The notes: generated from the letters alone by a model not told the origin. A stretch of 64,000 nt of DNA from the human T2T-CHM13v2.0 reference genome, Homo sapiens (GCF_009914755.1 NC_060929.1); one strand, 5' to 3'. Shown: positions 1 to 15,223, counted from the stretch's first letter. Program-made: numbers and translations.

Positions 1-149
1 CTCTTCTACGCAATGGGTTCTTTTCATCAACAGCCCTGCATAACACTAGGAGTAGCCTCCTATGCCTCCAAATTTCTTGTGTCTCTAACCCATTAAACAA
101 AGATTGGGAACCTTAGAGGTCGTTAAACTAACAATCCCCTGGAAAGGTC

Positions 150-882
150 AGAGTATAGGGCTGTGATTAAAAGTTCAGACACCAGAGCAGGATTTGAACT
201 ATACTCAGGTAACTTACTAATTTTGTGCTCTTACACGAGTTGCTTAACCTCTCCAAGTTTTAGTTTCCTCAACTGTAAAATGAGGATAATAATAAAATCA
301 ACCACCTCAGCCAGATAGAGTGGCTCCCACCTGTAATCCCAATACTTTAGGAGGCCAAGGCCAGACGATGGCTTAAGGCCAGAAGTTTCAGACCATCCTG
401 GGCAACATAGCCAGACCCTGTCTCTACAAAACATAAAATAAAATAAAAATTAGCCAGGCATGGTGGTGTACACCTGTAGTCCTAACTACTGGGGAGGCTG
501 AGATAGGAGGATTGCTTGAGGCCAGGAGTTTAAGACCAGCCTGGATAACATAGCAAGATCCCGTCTCTACAAAAAAAAATAGAATAAAATAAAATTATCT
601 TGGCATGGTAGTGCACACTTGTAGTCTCAGCTACTTAGGAGTCTGAGGCAGGCGGGCCACTTGAGCCCATGAGTTCAAGGCTGCAGTGAGCTATGACCCT
701 GCCACTACACTTGCCTGGGCAACAGAGTGAGACCCTGTCTCCAAAGAAAAGAAGAGAAAAGAAAGGAAAGTAAGAGGAAGCACTTCAAAGATTTATTATA
801 ATGATAAAATAATTTCTATAAGTGAAGCGCTTCATACAGTGTCTGTTACATGGAAACATTATAAAGTATCAGCTATTATTAT
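150..882 (+). mobile_element. MIR SINE split by an Alu (150-308 and ~780-882)
   Basis: MIR core ttaacctctccaagttttagtttcctcaactgtaaaatgaggataataata; the MIR 3' part (agcgcttcatacagtgtctg...agctattattat) resumes after the Alu. Confidence 0.7.
309..779 (+). mobile_element. AluJ with three monomers (trimeric)
   Basis: Left arm 309-450, chimeric middle monomer 451-595, full right arm 596-742, A/G-rich tail; J-type motif aaggctgcagtgagctatga. Confidence 0.9.
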
Positions 883-2205
883 CTCAGTGACCACAAATCC
901 CAAATGTGTATTCTGTTACACATTCCTGCAACTGGTCCACAATTTATACTCCCAAAATGGGCAAATGGACTCAACTTTAGACCCCCTGTCACTGCTCATT
1001 GGCAGTCTCTTTACCCGGCTATCCATGCTACCAGAGTGTCTGGTCTGGATTAGGGGATGGGGAAGCAGTGGAGGGCAGTAGAGTAGAAGGGGGAACAACC
1101 CAGTCAAAATCAGAGCTCAATAACCAATTGTTATTCCAGGGCAGAAATTTCTTCTTGGCCTCCAGGCTATTATGGCCTAAGGCATTCCCTTGAATCTCCA
1201 GGGAGGCAATCTGTGTCTACAAAACACAGCATTCTTCTTAGAGCTCTACTCTATAAGAGCTGCCTCTCCCAAAACTAGCAAGAGTTGAATGTGGTTGAAT
1301 GCTGTGTCACTAGGAAACAGGAATGCTTTATAACCTTTCTTCAAGCATTTAAATCCTTCTCTCCAAATAGGAGAGATGGGATTTCTGCAACATGCAGCCC
1401 ACAACAGAACTGATGGAGCCTATGTAGCGAGAAGAGGTCAGAAGCTGCCCAAAGCAGCTCTGAGGCTGGGGTCACTGCACCCACCAGCTGCTGCCTGGAA
1501 GAGAAACGGGAAAGGGTGGATGCACTGTTTTGCATTTTTTCTCCAGACAACCAAAGAAATCGGGATGACAGACAGAGTTCCCTGCCTGGGGAAAACAGCT
1601 CTTTCCAACCCAGCTTATAGGATTGGGAGTGTTGGGGAGGGTGGAGGAGTCATCCTCGACACACTTATGTCTGTGCAAGATGTGGAGAAAAGTAGGAAAG
1701 AAGCAGAACTCCAGCACATCTTCAAATGGATGGCCCCTGAAACTGAACAGACAGTACACAAAGGCACACTACAACTTTCTGGGCAAGAGTCTGTGGCTGC
1801 AAAGATGGAAACTGATTTGTCGAGGACCCTAGGAGGTGAACTGAAACCAGAAAGCAGAAATGCTGGGAGAGGGTGAATGAGGCTGGAGATGGCCTGTACA
1901 CATAATTGTACGGAGATGAGAAAGGCCACTGGGATGTAGTACTTTTTTGCCTTTTAGGCCACATTCAGGGGCTGCTGCAGACAGGGCTGTGCCCAGTAAG
2001 CAAGAATGAAAGGGGCAGGGGCAACCTGAAGCTGTGTGCTTAGGCTCACAAACCTGTCTCCAAAGAAAGTTTTCCAGATCATTCTTTTATATCCTGTATG
2101 GAATCAAACAAAATTACAGTACCTCCTTTTTCATGACTGAGTCTCTCGGTGAGAACTCGACATTTCCTTACAGTCAACTCAAAATTTCCCACTTTGTGGG
2201 AAATG

Positions 2206-2735
2206 AGTAATGGGGTTGAGGACATGCTGCCCCCAAATACAGCACCTTGGCATTTGAGAAAAAGCAGAAGCAGTAAAGTCTCTCTGAACTTCTCCCACCC
2301 TTTTCTCCTGCAGCTGTTCATAAAACCTAGGGGAGATTTTCTGACCTCACCCTGAAGCAGTTCCTAAGATCCTCACTTTAGAGATGCCCTCACTATATCC
2401 AGAAGAAAGAAGCATCCTTATCTCCGAACACAAAACGTCACAGAGAAGAATCTGAACAAACAGGCCTTGCTAAGTTTCCCTTGGTTTTTTACCATCAGAT
2501 CACACTGTTTTGCCCAATCATATTTCTCCACAACTGTCCACTCTTCACTAAACCTAAGATGTATATATATATATTTCACTGTTTCTTTGGGTTTTCATTT
2601 CCTTATGAAGACTCATGTCATGTAAAACCTACATTAACTAAATATGTCTAATTTTCTCTGTTAATCTGTCTTAGGTAAAAGGGACTTCAGCCATGAACCT
2701 AGGAATGGGGAGATAAAGATGTTTTTCCTCCTACA
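2206..2735 (+). mobile_element. ERV1 solo LTR, MER39-like
   Basis: Matches recalled MER39 motifs ggacatgctgcccccaaat..gcaccttggcatttgag and cagagaagaatctgaacaaacaggccttgctaag; ends ctaca. Confidence 0.75.
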
Positions 2736-3344
2736 TGGTGAAGAGAAGAGGGTTTGCTATCACTCTCCTCCCTACCACGTTTCTCTTTTGGAGGCCTGAG
2801 TTCAGAACACTTATATAGTCATCACCTTTGAAATTAGTTTGAATTTAATTTCTTACTGATTTAAATTTTTTGGAAGTTTCCATTTAGATAAATCTTTTTC
2901 ACTGGTGGAATATCTAGTGAAGGTTGCAGGGGGATCTAACTGAGAACATTTTCTTAATGATTGTACCACTTCAGAAGAAAGAGAATATACTTAAAATACT
3001 AAAAAATTAAATACTGGATTTGTTTTTCCAATGCTGCAAAATAATTAGGACTGCAAAGAAAAAAAAATCTTGAGGAGGACCCTTTCCTCTTTATTTAAAA
3101 GGAAAAATAAGTCAATTTCCCAAAGAAACAGAAGCTTAGATTTTTATGGGACCTCAGGGTGCTACTAATACTACCCTAACACTATTGTTATACTCCAATA
3201 CAACTTACGCCAATACTTGACACTACTGTCAATACAATAGTCAAAATTACTATTATTTTTATTCACATATTTTAAGCCACACATACTTATTTCAGCATCC
3301 ATGTGTGTTTAGGGCTTCTGTATCTTCTAGGCCAACACTCTCTC

Positions 3345-3580
3345 AAGCACAGACTTGAATCCAGACAGTCTGGCTCCAGGACCCAGGCTCTTAATAAATG
3401 TACTGTACTGTCTCTCTGTGTCTTCTATGAACAATTAAATCTGAAAAGTCAGGTAACACTTTACAACTAGAGAAACTGAGAGCAGAGGCATTTGTCCCTG
3501 TGTCTGCACAGCAGGTAGTGGCTGAGAGGAACTGGAAACCAAGTCTCCCAATTCCTAGGCTTTAGTCATTCCACTATCCC
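3345..3580 (-). mobile_element. Two MIR fragments
   Basis: ttgaatccagacagtctggctccag..gctcttaa and agagaaactgag..agcaggtagtggc..ggaaaccaagtctccc. Confidence 0.55.
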
Positions 3581-4225
3581 TTGGTGACATGCCAATGCTT
3601 TCAGAATGTTATCTCTGAATTCCTGGGAAGTTCTGAACACTTAGACATGAATGGAGAGTCTACATTGAGCAGCAGTTTAGGAGACTCAGAGACATGGGGC
3701 AATGAATAAATTTACTTCTTAGAGTCTTTCTAACACTCAGATTCTGCATTAGTAGATACTGTAGTTAAAGCAGATGCTACCACAGAACATATTTAATGTA
3801 AAAATTTACTTTTCGAGTTCCAAGTTAAGAGATAAATGACACAAATTTTATTCAATGTTACCATTCATTTTTGGCTATTACTACAGAGAAAAATGTATCA
3901 AGTCACGAGCTGAAAGTTTAGAGTAAAGAAAGCATATCAGACTTAATCCTACCTAGCTACTCACTTACCATAGAGAAAGTGGCACAGAACCAATATCTTC
4001 CCCAGCTTGGGAACTGCACAGCTGTGCTCTATATCTGAAACCATCGTCCAAAGTGCTGGGCAGCTCTTGAGAGCTGTGAGCAAAACTATTTTCAAGCACC
4101 CCCTTAGTTTAAATAGTTCAAGAATCTCCCTCAGATCTCAACACACTCATCCTCCCTGCCCCCACTTGATAACAAATGCCTTAGATTAAAAGCCAGAAGG
4201 CTCCTTAGAACTATCTAGCCCAACC

Positions 4226-4387
4226 TTTTTTTTTTTTTTTTTTAGACGGAGTTTCACTCTTGTTGCCCAAGGAGTGCAGTGGCTCAATCTTGGCTCACTG
4301 TAACCTCTGCCTCCTGGGTTCCAGCGAGTCTCCTGCCTCACCCTCCTGAGTGGCTGGGATTACAGGCATAAGCCACTGTGCCCAGCC
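4226..4387 (-). mobile_element. AluS (Sq/Sp-type) collapsed to one chimeric monomer
   Basis: Poly-T, right arm, then directly the left-arm 5' end; TSD t(a/g)gcccaaccttt at 4216-4228 and 4388-4400. Confidence 0.9.
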
Positions 4388-5124
4388 TGGCCCAACCTTT
4401 CACCATCTAAAGGCCTCACATTGCCTAGTGCTTTACAGTCTTCCAATCACTTTGCCACTTGTAAGTTCCTTTGATTCCCATGACCACTCTATGAGAACAG
4501 GTACTGGGTCTTCACAATTTTTCTATCCCCTTCACCGAGACAGGGTCTGACCCACAGTGAAAGCCCCACAAACACTTGTCAAATCCTCCCCTGCTGATAT
4601 GGTGTCCTAAAACTTCTCCCACTATTGTCCCAGTTATTGCCCAGAAAACCTGAGCTCTCTCAACAGCTAGGCAGGCTTGATGGAGAACAAGGCCCCCTGC
4701 CTGTGCTGCCAAAAGATGGACATGAGACAGGTTTCTGGGCTACATATTTAGGCTTATAGCTTTTTCTCTTTCATGCGTTAGTTGTGGACCTACTATTTGC
4801 CAGATATAATGCCAGGCACTGGATGTTCAGAGACGAACAAAAGAGAGAGTTACAGACTCATGCAGATGACAAACATAACATGTAACACAAAAATATATAA
4901 TCATAAATCCTGGCAGATGCCCTGAAGGTACTGTGACGGAGACCACCAACAGAGATATAATTTAGATTGGCAGAACAGGGAAGGTATCTCTGAGGAAATG
5001 ATATTTAAGCTGAGATCTAAAGGATGGAAGGACTCCAGCTACTCACAGAGTTGGGAGGAAGAGAAGTCCATGGAGGCCAAGGGAACAGCATGTAAGAAGC
5101 TACTAACACAAAAAAGAGCTTGGA

Positions 5125-5556
5125 GTAGCCTCTCAGCGTAGCCCCTCAGCCTTCCTGTTTTCAGCCACAGCTGTGATGAATAGTTCCCTGAAAGCCCAAA
5201 CTCACCTCCAGCTGACAGCCACCCACCTCAAGCTTCTGAGCTTCTTTCTACTTTCTCTGATAGTGCCACAGGGCAGCTTGTGCTAATGACCCTCAGACAA
5301 TCCTCAATTGTCAGGGACAGGAGCTGGTAGACAATGTCCCAGTCTCCTGTCCTTTAGGTTCACATCTCTGGAAGGCATTCTGTATACCTTTTGGGAGATC
5401 TCAGCAGAATAGATCCTTATTGCCCAAAACAGCAGTCTCAAAAAATGCACTTGTTTTGGTCTTTTCCTTTTCTTTCCACTCTCTTCATGCCCTCACTCCT
5501 TCCAGATCACCCCCTACCTTGCCCCTAAACCATTTCCAGGGAACTCAATCAAGGAC
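5125..5556 (+). mobile_element. ERVL LTR16-family solo LTR
   Basis: LTR16-like motifs (cctcaattgtcagggacaggagctggtagac, cagcagaat..cc..ttgccca, end ccagggaactcaatcaaggac); resembles the copy at 18012. Confidence 0.6.
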
Positions 5557-5822
5557 GTGCACATATTAGAGAAAATGAAAAAAAGATTTGAAAGGGGGTG
5601 AGCAAGGAGGAAAATAAAGCAAGATGGGTTTGAACTTGTAGGAATGGGCAGACAATGAAGACTTGCAGGCCACAATGGGAATGTTATGCTACATGCTTCT
5701 TAGTGAAGCCTGGGTAGACATGCAAAGCAGGAGTCCAGGCCACAGAAGATGGAGGCTTGTACTGTGACATTAACAGAGGTGACGAAATGGGCAGGTTGGG
5801 ATGTATTTTAAAAGCAGAATGG

Positions 5823-6120
5823 GGCCGGGCGCAGTGGCTCATGCCTGTATTCCTAGCACTTTAGGAAGCCGAGGCGGGTGGATCACCTGAGGTCAGAAGC
5901 TCAAGACCAGCCTGACCAACATGGTGAAACCCCGTCTCTACTAAAAATACAAAAATTAGCTGGGTGTGGTAGCAGGCACCTGTAATCCCAATCCCAGCTA
6001 CTTGGGAGGCAGAAGCAGGAGAATTGCTTGAACCTGGGAGGCAGAGGTTGCAGTGAGCCGAGATCACGTCACTTCACTCCACCCTGGGCAACAGAGCAAA
6101 ACTCCATCTCAAAAAAAAAA
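5823..6120 (+). mobile_element. AluSx/Sq
   Basis: Full dimer with poly-A; TSD aaaag(c/t)agaatgg. Confidence 0.95.
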
Positions 6121-6549
6121 AAAAGTAGAATGGTCTATACTTGCTAATGGATTGGGTGAAGCAAAGGAAGCGATCATGGATGATCTTGCTTGAGCAACTG
6201 AGTGGATGGTGATAACATTTAACTGAGATAAAAGAAACAAGATTAAGCAGAAAAATGAAAAGTGTAATTTTAAACTCATAAAATCTGAAATGTCTGTGTG
6301 ACATCCAAGTGGAAACATCAAGTACACATTTAGATACATGAGTCAGGAACTCTAGGGAGTGGCCGGAACTGTAGACATGGGGATCATCTGGGTATATATA
6401 TATATAATGTTTAAACTGGGAGACTGGATGAGCTTACCTGCCGAGATTGGATAGCTGGAGAAGAGAAGAGGCCCTGTGATGGAACTCCAATATTTGGAAG
6501 TTAGGTAGAGGACAAAGAGGCAGCAAATGAAATTAAAAAAGAGCCACCA

Positions 6550-6876
<327 letters not shown>

Positions 6877-8053
6877 GTCACCAGAACAGGAAGTTTATGG
6901 TATCACACAATCAAGACAGGACAAAAATTTAAGGAGGGGGAAACTGTTTTCAATGATGCTCAGAAGTGGAATAATTTGAGGACGTAGAAACACCATAATC
7001 TCTCATACCTTTCATCAGCATTAAATCATACACGTCACATACCCTCAGGCCAGACACCCTGAGTGCAACAAAGCTACTCCTAAAGACAAGCCGATGACTT
7101 GAAGCAGTAACTAAATACATGGTCGGCATAGGAGATATTTTACTTAGAGATCCTTAGATCTGTGTTCCTCCATCTGCCCAGGTCTCTCTCCTCTTATTTC
7201 TCTAGTAAGTGTATCTTCCTTTTTTATTCCACTATACTTCTGGCTGTGCTCCAAGTCTTTGAGCTGTTCTAGCCCCATTGAAGCAGATAAGGGGAAGTGT
7301 ATACTATTCCTTCCTCAGGTCCAAGCCATGATTTAAGAATCCTACCACCATAGGCCTATCATTCCTGGGTGTCCAGGTCACAGATGTATACAGTTATTCA
7401 ATTTCTAAACTCTTTCTTGCTTGACTGTCTCTCTTTTACTCATTACATTTCTCCTTCCATGTGTCTTTGGGCTTCCCTTGTTTCGCTATTGAGCCCATGG
7501 GAGTGCCTCAGCACAATAACTTGGGTTTAAAGTTGCCACATAGTAATTCATCAGGGATACCCAGACTGGTCCCAGGAAAATTCACTGAGATATATGCGAT
7601 TTTTGTTCACCGAAGCCAAAAAAATGGTGGCCCCTGCAAGCCTGCCCAGTGCCCTAATGCCACAGAAAGTTAGCTTTCTAGGAATACTCCATTTCTTTCA
7701 TCAATTCTATGGCTTAGATTAGCCAGTGATAGCTAATACTATAAGACTATAACTGAGTGGTAGGAAAAAATTGTTTATTTCATTTCCATTCCTTAAAAAA
7801 AAAATACGATGATATAATTAGAGAACTTGAAAGGCTCCACAGCTTGAAGCCAGATTTTTCAGGATAAGCAGAAATACTCTCCACCTCCTAAAACAGCCCA
7901 AATACCTGCAACTAAACTAAAATACCCTGAGTCATGTCATTTTATGAAACTCTGTTCAAAAGTTTCCAGTGAGTTTCTGGTTTATTTCATTTAGTCTTAC
8001 TCCTATCAAAGTCTTCTATAAGCCAGCCTACCATACGGCCATTCATATGATAA

Positions 8054-8709
<656 letters not shown>

Positions 8710-8779
8710 TGATTTTTAATTCCACTCTGCGTTAGTCTGAACTCTCCATCCAAATTAGAGTTTTTTTCTAGTCTCATGG

Positions 8780-9810
8780 CCTGCCACTGACCTAGGTCAA
8801 GCTCTTACTAGAAATAGAACTATTTTAACAGAACTTAACCTGTCTAACAGAGTCCCTCTTCTACTTAGAAACCCTTTACAAGCTCTCAGGTTGAAGTTTA
8901 TTCTCTTAACTAGCACATACAACTTCTCATGCTCTAGGCTCACTGGCCTTTCTGGCTTCATCTCCTATCCTTTGTCCTCCACCCACCACTACACACAGCT
9001 GTGACCCGTCACATGGAGCTGCTTGTTCCCTGTACCTCTCATGTTAGTTCTTACCTTTCAAGTGTCATTACCTAGAATGCACTTCTGTGCCTTATTCATC
9101 TAACCAATCTCTATTCATTTTCCATCTTAGCTACAGTAAAAACCTCCTCCAAGAAGTCTTCCCTGATTTGGATACCCCTAGTCTGTGCCTCCAAAGCATC
9201 CTACTCCTACTACTCCTAACACTTCTTGGCATATTCATAAGCACGGGTTACTTTGGAAGCAGGGGATGTGTCTTTTTGTATTGTATTGGTATTTTGTATT
9301 AGAACAGTTATCTTATGTCTTCCCTACCTAGAAGCCAGTAACGGCTTATCACAGCTAACAAAATCCAACGTCTTCAGTTTAGAATTTAAAATCCTTGGCA
9401 ATCTGATCTTTATTCTGTGAACAACCCAGTTCTACTTGCTGTTTAGTAAGAGTGTTTCCTTTGCTTTCCAATCCCTAGGTATTGATGCAAACCAGAACAC
9501 TACCCAGGATGACATCCCTTTGGTCCCCCTTCCCATGTTCTCTTATACATGTCCAACCCATTCCCAAAGCCTCAGCTCAAATCCCATCTCCTCTGTAAAA
9601 ATATATCCAGACTTCCCTTCTGCCTGAGTCATAATTAATCTCTTCCCCTCCTCTTCTTTTATGACATCTTGACATCTAATTATAGTATTCACTGCTGTTT
9701 GCTTTATACTTTTTTTGGGGGGGTGGTCCCTAGTAGATTATGGGCTCTTAGAGGATGTCTCCCACAGTGCATATGACATTGTTCATACTCTATAATTGTA
9801 CTAAACTGAG
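8780..9810 (+). mobile_element. Two degraded L2 3' fragments
   Basis: acctcctccaagaagtcttccctga, cctcagctcaaatcccatctcctctgtaaa, agtagattatgggctcttagagg. Confidence 0.6.
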
Positions 9811-9829
9811 ACCCTTTCATTAGAAGAAG

Positions 9830-9975
9830 TGCTGAGCTCCAAACCAGCTTCCATTCCAGGCTTGGCTGCTTATAACCTTGGGCAGGTCTCTTAACTTCTG
9901 TTGGCTTCCCTTGCCTCATCTCTAAAATAAGATTAATCATATTAAGGATCCTTGAAAAAAATTAATTATTTATTA
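9830..9975 (+). mobile_element. MIR fragment
   Basis: taaccttgggcaggtctcttaactt..cctcatctctaaaataag. Confidence 0.6.
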
Positions 9976-10479
9976 TTTTGAAAGTGTCTTGGGATCTTAG
10001 AGATTGGCATTTCTATTTCTGTGGTATCTTTCTTGCTAGAGCTTGCAGTTTTCTTAAAAAGAAACATGCGAAGGAAAGGCATGGTTTATTCCAAGAATGG
10101 TTTTTTTCAGAATCTGAAATAATTACATCCTATATTTCAGACAAGGTCATCTTTTACCTTTTATAGCAAATGGTGGAGTCTTGAAGAAACCTGCTTTTCC
10201 TACCAGTGACTTTAAAGTGATTACATTATTTATGTTGAATTATAAAAAGATGAGTAAGTATTCCATCATGCAAAGAACAGGGATTTCCCTGAGGGGAGAA
10301 ATAAATGAAGAAAATGTTTGAAGCATACCTAAATGTAAATGACCTTTAAAGAAACAGGTTTCCTATTTATCTGTCCTGGTCAAGGCTAGTTGCAGAAACA
10401 CTTACTTGAGTGATTAATTCATTTTAAGACACTCAAAGCATATCCAAAGTCAAGGACAAAGACACCGAAGTCACTGGCT

Positions 10480-10700
10480 ATAATAACTCATGTTTCATAT
10501 ACATTGACTCACTCAATCCTCACAATACTCCCACGAGATACTCAGGGCAGGTATTATTAAACCTGTTTTATGGTTGAGGAAATTGCAGTCAAGTGCGGTT
10601 ATGCAACTTGCCCAAGGCCGCTCTGTAAGTAGTGAAGTCAGGACTCACATCGATCCTTTGAATCAAATCCAGGGCTCCTCCTACTCACATCACTACCTCT
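10480..10700 (-). mobile_element. MIR
   Basis: aatcctcacaat..ggtattatta..gaggaaattg..aacttgcccaagg. Confidence 0.75.
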
Positions 10701-11329
10701 TGGCCCTGGTGCCCTGAGCACCGTAGACAGGAAGGCAAAGAGAATCAGGTACCTTAGAAAACTTCCTATGCAGCTTCAAGTTCCTCCTCTCAGTGAGGTC
10801 CCTGAACTCCTCCCAGAGGAATTCTTGATCCCCCTTTACCCTAATGCTTGTGCTCTCTCAATGTTTAGGTGAGCTTTATTTATCTGTCCCCTTCAGCTCA
10901 GCCAGAGTGCCCTTCTCCTCCCAGGCTTCCATCAGCAGCCTGCTGCATGGCAGTAACTTGAATGCATTGGGCAGGAAGACACACTAAGCGCAAGGATGGT
11001 GGCATCTCAGGGGATCTCCAGTCTGCATTCACAGCAGTTTACCCTGCAGTTCTCTGAAGAGAGAACTCAAAACCAGAGATTGCAGCTCCTACAGTCAGAG
11101 GAGTGGCTCTTTAAAAAATATCGCTGGTCTGGACACGAACCTCCTGACTTTGGTCCCCTCTGTTCAAACCCCTCCACTCTCTCCTGTGTTCCCACAACAC
11201 CTGTATGTAGCTTGCACCATTCCTCACCTTGGGCCTTGAGCTATAGTTCTCTGCGGACATGTCAGATGTGTCTTATCTCCCCTGTCAGATAATAAGCTTA
11301 TTGAGGGCAGGGGAAGTGTTGATTATTGT

Positions 11330-11560
11330 GATAACAATAATAGGAAGCAGTATTTATTTATTGAATACTTTTTGAGTGTTAGGTATGGTGCTAAGCATTA
11401 CACCTAATGGTGTAATCAATCTTCACAACAGCCTGGTGAGGCAGGTATTATGTTCATCCAAATTTTATAGCTGAGTAAATGTAGAACTGGAGCAATTATT
11501 TGTTCAAGATGTCACATCTAATACTCATCAAAGCCAGGACCAAGAGTGAGGTTTGTCATT
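11330..11560 (-). mobile_element. MIR inserted in an L2 tail
   Basis: tttattgaatact..ggtgctaagca..aatcttcacaacagcctggtgaggcaggtatta. Confidence 0.65.
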
Positions 11561-12024
11561 ATCTTTCACTGTAACCCCAAATGGCCTGGCAGGGACAACG
11601 TAACATTCATTGAATGACAGGACGACCTAGAATCACACTTAGTAGAATGTCATGAACATTTATTCGATTTCGGTAAACTGTTGTATAGTTTAATTTGGAC
11701 AGCACATATCATAAATAGCTAAAACTTTAAATTAATGTAGTGTTAAATGTACTATGTGCTCAGGTTCGCTCTCTCCGCCGTCCTCTTTCTCTCTTCCCCT
11801 CCTCCAGAGCGAAACATCTTTATTTTCTTTTCAATTTATTTATCGAAGAAACTGAAACAGTCATCTTGTAGTGTTTCCTCCACTTTGGATTTTGTAGATT
11901 GTATTACATAATCCTCATAACAGTCATATGATTAATCTTATGAGGTAGGTGCTATTATCATCCGTATTTTGCAGGTCAGAAAAAAAAGGCTCAGAATGGT
12001 GAAAAATTGGTTTCAGATGACAAA

Positions 12025-12275
12025 GGACCTGCCCCCTCACTTTTCTCTCCTGGCCTCGCTTCTCACTCTTCCCCTGGTCCCATCCCTCACTTCTCACCAC
12101 CTTCCCATCCTCTCTTGCTTTCCTCTTTCTCCTGCCACCTGCTTCCTTACTTCATCCTCTTGGTCCCTCCCACCCGCTTCTCCCCCACCTCCATCCTCTC
12201 TTTTGCTACCTCCCTTCCATTTGCCCCCTTGCTTCTCTCCTCCTGCCCCCACACACCCATTTCTCAACACCTCCA
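12025..12275. repeat. CT-rich low-complexity (polypyrimidine) tract
   Basis: About 250 bp strongly pyrimidine-biased on the + strand. Confidence 0.8.
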
Positions 12276-12297
12276 TGCAAAAATAAAAGTGACGTAA

Positions 12298-12640
<343 letters not shown>

Positions 12641-13629
12641 TCCAGGTCACATGCTCTTAACCAGGACAGCCAGCCTCTGGTGTAGCCACACCCAGCAAAC
12701 ATCTGCTAAATGGACATTAGTGGCTTTGCTATAAATCATTTTACTACTTACCACAGAGACAAAAAATTAAAGGAGAATAGCACTTAGATGTTTTATATTC
12801 ATTTGCAAGTTTTATGAGAATCATAACTAATAGTCAATGTTTGACTAAAGAAGAACAATTCTCTAAAATGACAAACTTAGATATTTGTCTTTAATAAATC
12901 AAAGACATCACTACTTCATCATGATTGGCAATTTACAATGCTCTTGAACTCATAAGTTAAAAGGGTAAAATACATAACTTCAAAAAGGATTTGGATAAAA
13001 TAATAGAGCCATAGTGGTTTATGAAAGGAAGCAAAGGCTACTCATGATATATATCTCATCTTTTAAAATTGTAAATTAAAGTAAAAAATGTTTATTATTG
13101 AACATTTGGAAAAAATTTTTAGAGTACAAAGAAAATGAAAGCCACTTACGATGGTCTTACCCTCAAATCCCTCATCTTTTGAGTTGACATATGAAAAGTA
13201 GCTAGTCTCTTCTGCCATATGTGAGTGCAGGGATGAAGTCTGTCCTGCCAATAGCAAAGATCTGACCTAGTGTAGAATCTCTAGAGAACTTTTCAGAAGA
13301 GGTAGAGAGTATGTCCACAGACAATAAAGCAGGAAGACATTTGAGATAAGAAATACAGAAGAAATCTGTGATAATAAGGTAAGGATCATAAAACCTAGAA
13401 TTTAAAGCTAAGGAAAAAAAAAGATATGAATAAAAAAATAGATACTGATACTTACAAGGAAAAAATGAAAAATGAAGACTGGAAAGTGAAAAGGGATGTG
13501 GATTTCTGTTTTAGGCAAATTCCAGAAGTTTTGACACTAAAATCACTTAGGGAAACCACGTGCATTTTGAAGACAACTATTTTGACCCATGTAGCATGAG
13601 GTCAGGTCACAGGATGAAATGGAACATAA

Positions 13630-13944
<315 letters not shown>

Positions 13945-14762
13945 TGAGCTGCAGTTCATTTATAAAAAGATAGAAGACCTCAGCTCTCCCAAAGATGCCA
14001 AGCCAGGGATTAACTGCCACAGCAGGGCTGTATAGTACTTTACAAGCTTGCCATTACAGACGCATCCCGGCCAGGACTTCCCATTTGTTACAGTGTACCC
14101 AGATTCCTGAACACACCCACCTGGCCTTCAACAAGGTCACCTCTACCCAGCCATCATATCATAGCTAGATTCCTCTCTGTAGAGATTTACCACCTCTGGC
14201 CTGATGTATACCTCCACTACCCTCTTTTTTTTTTGCCCGGGGAAGAAAGCGGCCTTGCTGACCCTGACATAAATGATCAGTGTTCAGCAGTCCACAGGGC
14301 AGATGGAAACAGTTTGACATTACACTGCAACTGGCCCTTCCTCAAACGGAATTCCTTCTGGAGACAGCCGCATTTTTAAAGTTAACCACATGCACATCTG
14401 TAATGTGATCTGTGGTGCTTATTATGTTCTTTAATAGATGAGGCATAACAGGTCATAAATAGTTTTATAGGGAGACCTAATAAGCAGGCCTATTTATTTC
14501 TTCCAATTGTATGGCCTTTGCTCCCTCCCTTAGGTTATTTCCACACTCAGAGGGCTGAAAACACACGTAGAACACTGAGGCAGGCTGTTGGTTGTTTCTT
14601 AGAAGCCAAAGGTGACAGCATGCTCAGCTCTTGAGACACAACCTTGTTGGTCTGATTTTTAAATGGAAACTTACCATACTTCAGTTTTTGGAAGTTTTAT
14701 TATCATTATTTTTGTTCAGGCAAAATAATCAGTCATACAGTAATTTGGAGATTTTCTATTAA

Positions 14763-15223
<461 letters not shown>

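Noticed and set aside
3160-3260. Degenerate caatac/tacta periodic stretch
   Set aside because: Too decayed to define a unit; ordinary low complexity
12930-13030. Possible CR1/L3 3' remnant
   Set aside because: Similarity too weak to support from memory
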